A stretch of 64,000 bases of DNA. It comes from Kofleriaceae bacterium. GTDB lineage: Bacteria > Myxococcota_A > Polyangia > Haliangiales > Haliangiaceae. Shown here one piece after another: positions 61,192-64,000 of this stretch; within the stretch, counting starts at the first letter, position 1, and each line of letters starts with the position of its first letter. A model generated the notes under the pieces. The model was not told the origin of the DNA. It ran no database searches and worked only from the letters and a program-made list of their open reading frames with translations. Both the position numbers and the translations under genes were made by a program. The stretch lies in assembly GCA_035539655.1 (NCBI GenBank), contig DATLIC010000119.1, positions 29,257 through 93,256 on the forward strand, in the 5' to 3' direction.

Positions 61192-63876
61192 GTGGAGCGT
61201 GACGAGGATGATCGGCCGGATCCCGACCAGCTGCTGGCTCGGGTCAAAGCGGACGAGGTGCGCGAGACGCGCGCCCGGCTGAAGATCTTCTTCGGCGCTT
61301 CCCCCGGCGTCGGCAAGACGTACGCGATGCTCGAGACCGCACGGCGCGCGAAGACCGATGGCACCGACGTGCTCGTCGGTGTCGTCGAGACGCATGGCCG
61401 TGCCGAGACCGCGGACCTGCTCGCCGGCCTCGAGATCCTGCCACGGCGGATCACGCAGCACCGCGGCGTCGAGCTCACCGAGCTCGATCTCGAGGCGGCA
61501 CTCGCCCGCGATCCGGAGGTCATCCTCGTCGACGAGCTCGCGCACACCAACGCGCCGGGCAGCCGTCATGTCAAGCGCTGGCAGGACGTGCTCGAGTTGC
61601 TCGATGCGGGCATCGACGTGTGGACCACCCTCAACGTCCAGCACGTCGAGAGCCTGAGCGATGTCGTCCAGCAGATCACGGGCGTCAAGGTGCGCGAGAC
61701 GGTGCCCGATGCAGTGCTCGATCGCGCCGACGAGATCGAGCTCGTCGACCTGTCGCCCGAGGAGCTTCTCGAGCGGCTCGCCGAGGGCAAGGTCTATGTC
61801 CCCGACCAGGCGCTGCGCGCGGCGCATAACTTCTTCTCGCGCGGCAACCTGTTGTCGCTGCGCGAGCTCGCGCTGCGCCGCACCGCCGAGCGTGTCGACG
61901 CCGACATGCTCGCGTATCGGCGCGAGCACGGCATCGACGAGACGTGGCCCACGCGTGATCGCATCCTCGTGTGCGTCGGGCCGAGCCCCGGCTCCGAGCG
62001 GCTGATCCGCGCGACCAAGCGCATGGCCGAGGGCCTGCACGCGCCGTGGGCCGCGGTGCACGTCGAGGTGCTCGGCGCGCCGCCGCTCGGTCAGAAGGAC
62101 CGCGAGCGGCTCGAGGCGCACCTCCGACTCGTGGAGACGCTCGGCGGCGACGTCGTGCGCCTGCGCGGCACCTCGGTCGCGGAGCCGTTGCTCGAGCACG
62201 CGCGCACGCACAACGTCACGCGCATCGTCGCCGGCAAACCGACACATGCGCGCTGGCGCGACCTCGCGCGCGGCGGCTTGCTCGATGCGCTGATCCGCGG
62301 GTCGGGGCCGATCGAGATCCACGTGATCGCGCCGATCGAGAGCGAGACACACCCGCCGTCCGTACCGCGCGGTGCGGTGATGCGTCCCGCCGCGAGCGCC
62401 TACGTGTGGGCAGCGGCGGGGATCGCCATCGTCACCGCGATCGGCCTCGCTGCGTTCGCGTACATCACGATCGCCGACATCACGATGCTGTACCTGATCG
62501 CGATCATGCTCGCGTCGCTACCCGGGCGAGGGCCTGCGTTGCTCGCGGCGTCGCTCGCGGTCGCGGCGTTCGACTTCTGCTTCGTCACGCCGCGGTTCAC
62601 GTTCGCGGTTCACGACGTCCGCCACCTCCTCACGTTCTTCGTGATGTTCGGTGCCGGGCTCGCGATCAGTACGCTGACGGTGCGGCTGCGGCGCCTCGCC
62701 GATACCTCCATCGGACGCGAGCAGCGCACGCGCACGTTGCTCGCCTTCACGCGTGAGGTCACCACGGTGAACAGCGTCGCCGATGCCGCCGCGGTTACCG
62801 CGCGTCACCTCGAAGACGCGTTCGACGTCGCGGCGGCGGTGTTGGTGCCGGATCCCGAGGAGGGCCTGGTCGCGGCGGCCGGCCTGATGCCGCTGGCGCC
62901 GCAGGAGGCGAGCGTCGCCCGCTGGGTGCTCGAGCACGGGCAGAGCGCGGGCCACGGCACGGACACGCTGCCCGGAGCGCGTGCGCTGTGCGTGCCGCTG
63001 ACCGACAACGAGACGACGGTCGGCGTGCTCGCGATCCAGCAACGCCCGGGCACGCCGGCACGGCTCGACGTCGACCAGCGCCACCTGCTCGACGCGATCG
63101 CGCGCCAAGCCTCGCTCGCGATGACGCGCGTGTTGTTCGCAGAGCAAGCGCGTGAAGCGGCGCTGCGTGCGAAGACCGAGGAGCTGCGCAGCTCGCTACT
63201 CTCTGCGGTGTCGCACGATCTGCGCACGCCGCTCGCCGTGATCACCGGCGCCGCGACCGCGCTGCGCGACGATGCCGGGCACCTGACGCCGGCCGCGCGC
63301 CTCGAGTTGCTGTCGACGATCGTCGACGACGCCCGCCGCCTCGAGCGCGTGCTGACGAACCTCCTCCAGCTGACGCGCGTCGAGACTGGATTCGAGCCCG
63401 CGCGTGAATGGGTGCCCGCCGACGAGTTGGTTGGAGCAGCGCTGACCCGCATGGAGACCGCGCTCGGCGACAAGCGCGTCGAGCTCGAAGTCGAGGACGA
63501 TCTCTTGCTCTCGATCGATCCGGTGTTGTTCGAGCAGGTGCTGATCAACCTGCTCGAGAACGCGCTCAAGCACGGCGCGCCGCCGCTCTCGATCTCCGTC
63601 CACCGCGCTGGCGATCGCGTGCTCCTCGAGGTCGCCGACCGCGGCCCCGGGCTGCCGGCCGATGCGTCGCGGCTGTTCGAGAAATGGGAGCGCGCATCGA
63701 CGGCGCCCGGCGTCGGGCTCGGCCTCGCAGTCGTGCGCGCCGTGGTCGAGGCGCATGGTGGTACCGTCGAGGCCGCGAACCGCGACGGTGGCGGTGCTCT
63801 CTTCCGTATCTCGATCCCCGCGCCGGCACCGCCGCCGTTGTTCGCGCGGCCCCAGGCCGCAGACGCTCACCCATGA
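61192..63876 (+). CDS. kdpD: Sensor histidine kinase KdpD
   Basis: 894-aa ORF with the KdpD N-terminal P-loop (KIFFGASPGVGKTYAML), a Usp-like domain, four TM helices, GAF, the H-box (LLSAVSHDLRTPL) and HATPase_c (NLLENALKH, DRGPGL, GVGLGLAVV). Confidence 0.95.
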   Translation: MERDEDDRPDPDQLLARVKADEVRETRARLKIFFGASPGVGKTYAMLETARRAKTDGTDVLVGVVETHGRAETADLLAGLEILPRRITQHRGVELTELDLEAALARDPEVILVDELAHTNAPGSRHVKRWQDVLELLDAGIDVWTTLNVQHVESLSDVVQQITGVKVRETVPDAVLDRADEIELVDLSPEELLERLAEGKVYVPDQALRAAHNFFSRGNLLSLRELALRRTAERVDADMLAYRREHGIDETWPTRDRILVCVGPSPGSERLIRATKRMAEGLHAPWAAVHVEVLGAPPLGQKDRERLEAHLRLVETLGGDVVRLRGTSVAEPLLEHARTHNVTRIVAGKPTHARWRDLARGGLLDALIRGSGPIEIHVIAPIESETHPPSVPRGAVMRPAASAYVWAAAGIAIVTAIGLAAFAYITIADITMLYLIAIMLASLPGRGPALLAASLAVAAFDFCFVTPRFTFAVHDVRHLLTFFVMFGAGLAISTLTVRLRRLADTSIGREQRTRTLLAFTREVTTVNSVADAAAVTARHLEDAFDVAAAVLVPDPEEGLVAAAGLMPLAPQEASVARWVLEHGQSAGHGTDTLPGARALCVPLTDNETTVGVLAIQQRPGTPARLDVDQRHLLDAIARQASLAMTRVLFAEQAREAALRAKTEELRSSLLSAVSHDLRTPLAVITGAATALRDDAGHLTPAARLELLSTIVDDARRLERVLTNLLQLTRVETGFEPAREWVPADELVGAALTRMETALGDKRVELEVEDDLLLSIDPVLFEQVLINLLENALKHGAPPLSISVHRAGDRVLLEVADRGPGLPADASRLFEKWERASTAPGVGLGLAVVRAVVEAHGGTVEAANRDGGGALFRISIPAPAPPPLFARPQAADAHP

Positions 63877-64000
63877 ACGCCAGCGTGCTCATCATCGAGG
63901 ACGATCCGCATGTGCGCAGGTTCCTGCGCGCCGCGCTCTCCGGTCACGGCCATACGGTCAGCGAAGCGACCACCGTCGCCGAAGGGCTCGCCGAGCTGGC
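63873..64000 (+). CDS. kdpE: Response regulator KdpE, 5' fragment (runs off the window)
   Basis: It is absent from the ORF track because it is truncated by the window edge. ATG 63873 overlaps the kdpD stop (ATGA). MNASVLIIEDDPHVRRFLRAALSGHGHTVSEATTVAEGLAEL is a typical OmpR-family receiver N-terminus. Confidence 0.85.
   Translation, partial: MNASVLIIEDDPHVRRFLRAALSGHGHTVSEATTVAEGLAEL

Overview
This is a very GC-rich chromosomal window. The gene content (giant TPR proteins, FG-GAP and PEGA proteins, Ser/Thr-kinase-like genes, ECF sigma factors, many ATGA/GTGA-coupled genes) looks Myxococcota-like, which is an inference from content only. Most long ORFs in the track are Arg/Ala/Pro-rich off-frame or antisense artefacts of the GC content. 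I called genes from recognisable protein families and GC3-rich codon frames.

Gene order, left to right:
- a giant TPR gene on the minus strand, truncated by the window edge and absent from the ORF track
- acyl-CoA desaturase, HAD phosphatase, aldo/keto reductase, ADP-ribosylglycohydrolase, hybrid histidine kinase, RCK-gated K+ channel, a short OCD-like protein and asnS
- a 141-bp tandem repeat
- an operon of kinase-like/PEGA protein, J-domain protein, divergent Hsp70 and thioredoxin lipoprotein
- an FG-GAP lipoprotein module bracketed by copies of a repeat element
- a ROK kinase, phosphomannomutase and mannose-1-P guanylyltransferase operon
- a lipoprotein, a 911-aa CarboxypepD_reg-repeat protein, ilvE, glnE and dnaJ
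- a CheB-PAS-HK-REC kinase
- a HisRS/HisZ-like paralogue coupled to a CPA2 antiporter
- an ECF sigma factor with a 1785-aa FecR-VIT-vWA-TPR partner
- SF2 helicase, MTA/SAH nucleosidase and CorA
- a TerB-DUF697 protein
- a porin followed by kdpFABC-kdpDE, with kdpE truncated at the right edge

I did not recognise a single compelling undescribed system. The observations most worth a second look:
- a 1-nt frameshift in the giant TPR gene
- an in-frame loss of the TGES actuator loop in KdpB
- the 141-bp tandem repeat that triplicates a TATAGT-N6-GTG start module
- a 173-bp MITE-like element with perfect 24-bp terminal inverted repeats, plus a diverged second copy
- a pseudokinase / J-protein / degenerate-Hsp70 operon
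- a degenerate class II aaRS-like gene coupled to a K+/H+ antiporter
- the giant FecR-VIT-vWA-TPR partner of an ECF sigma factor
- an extra small hydrophobic ORF in front of kdpF
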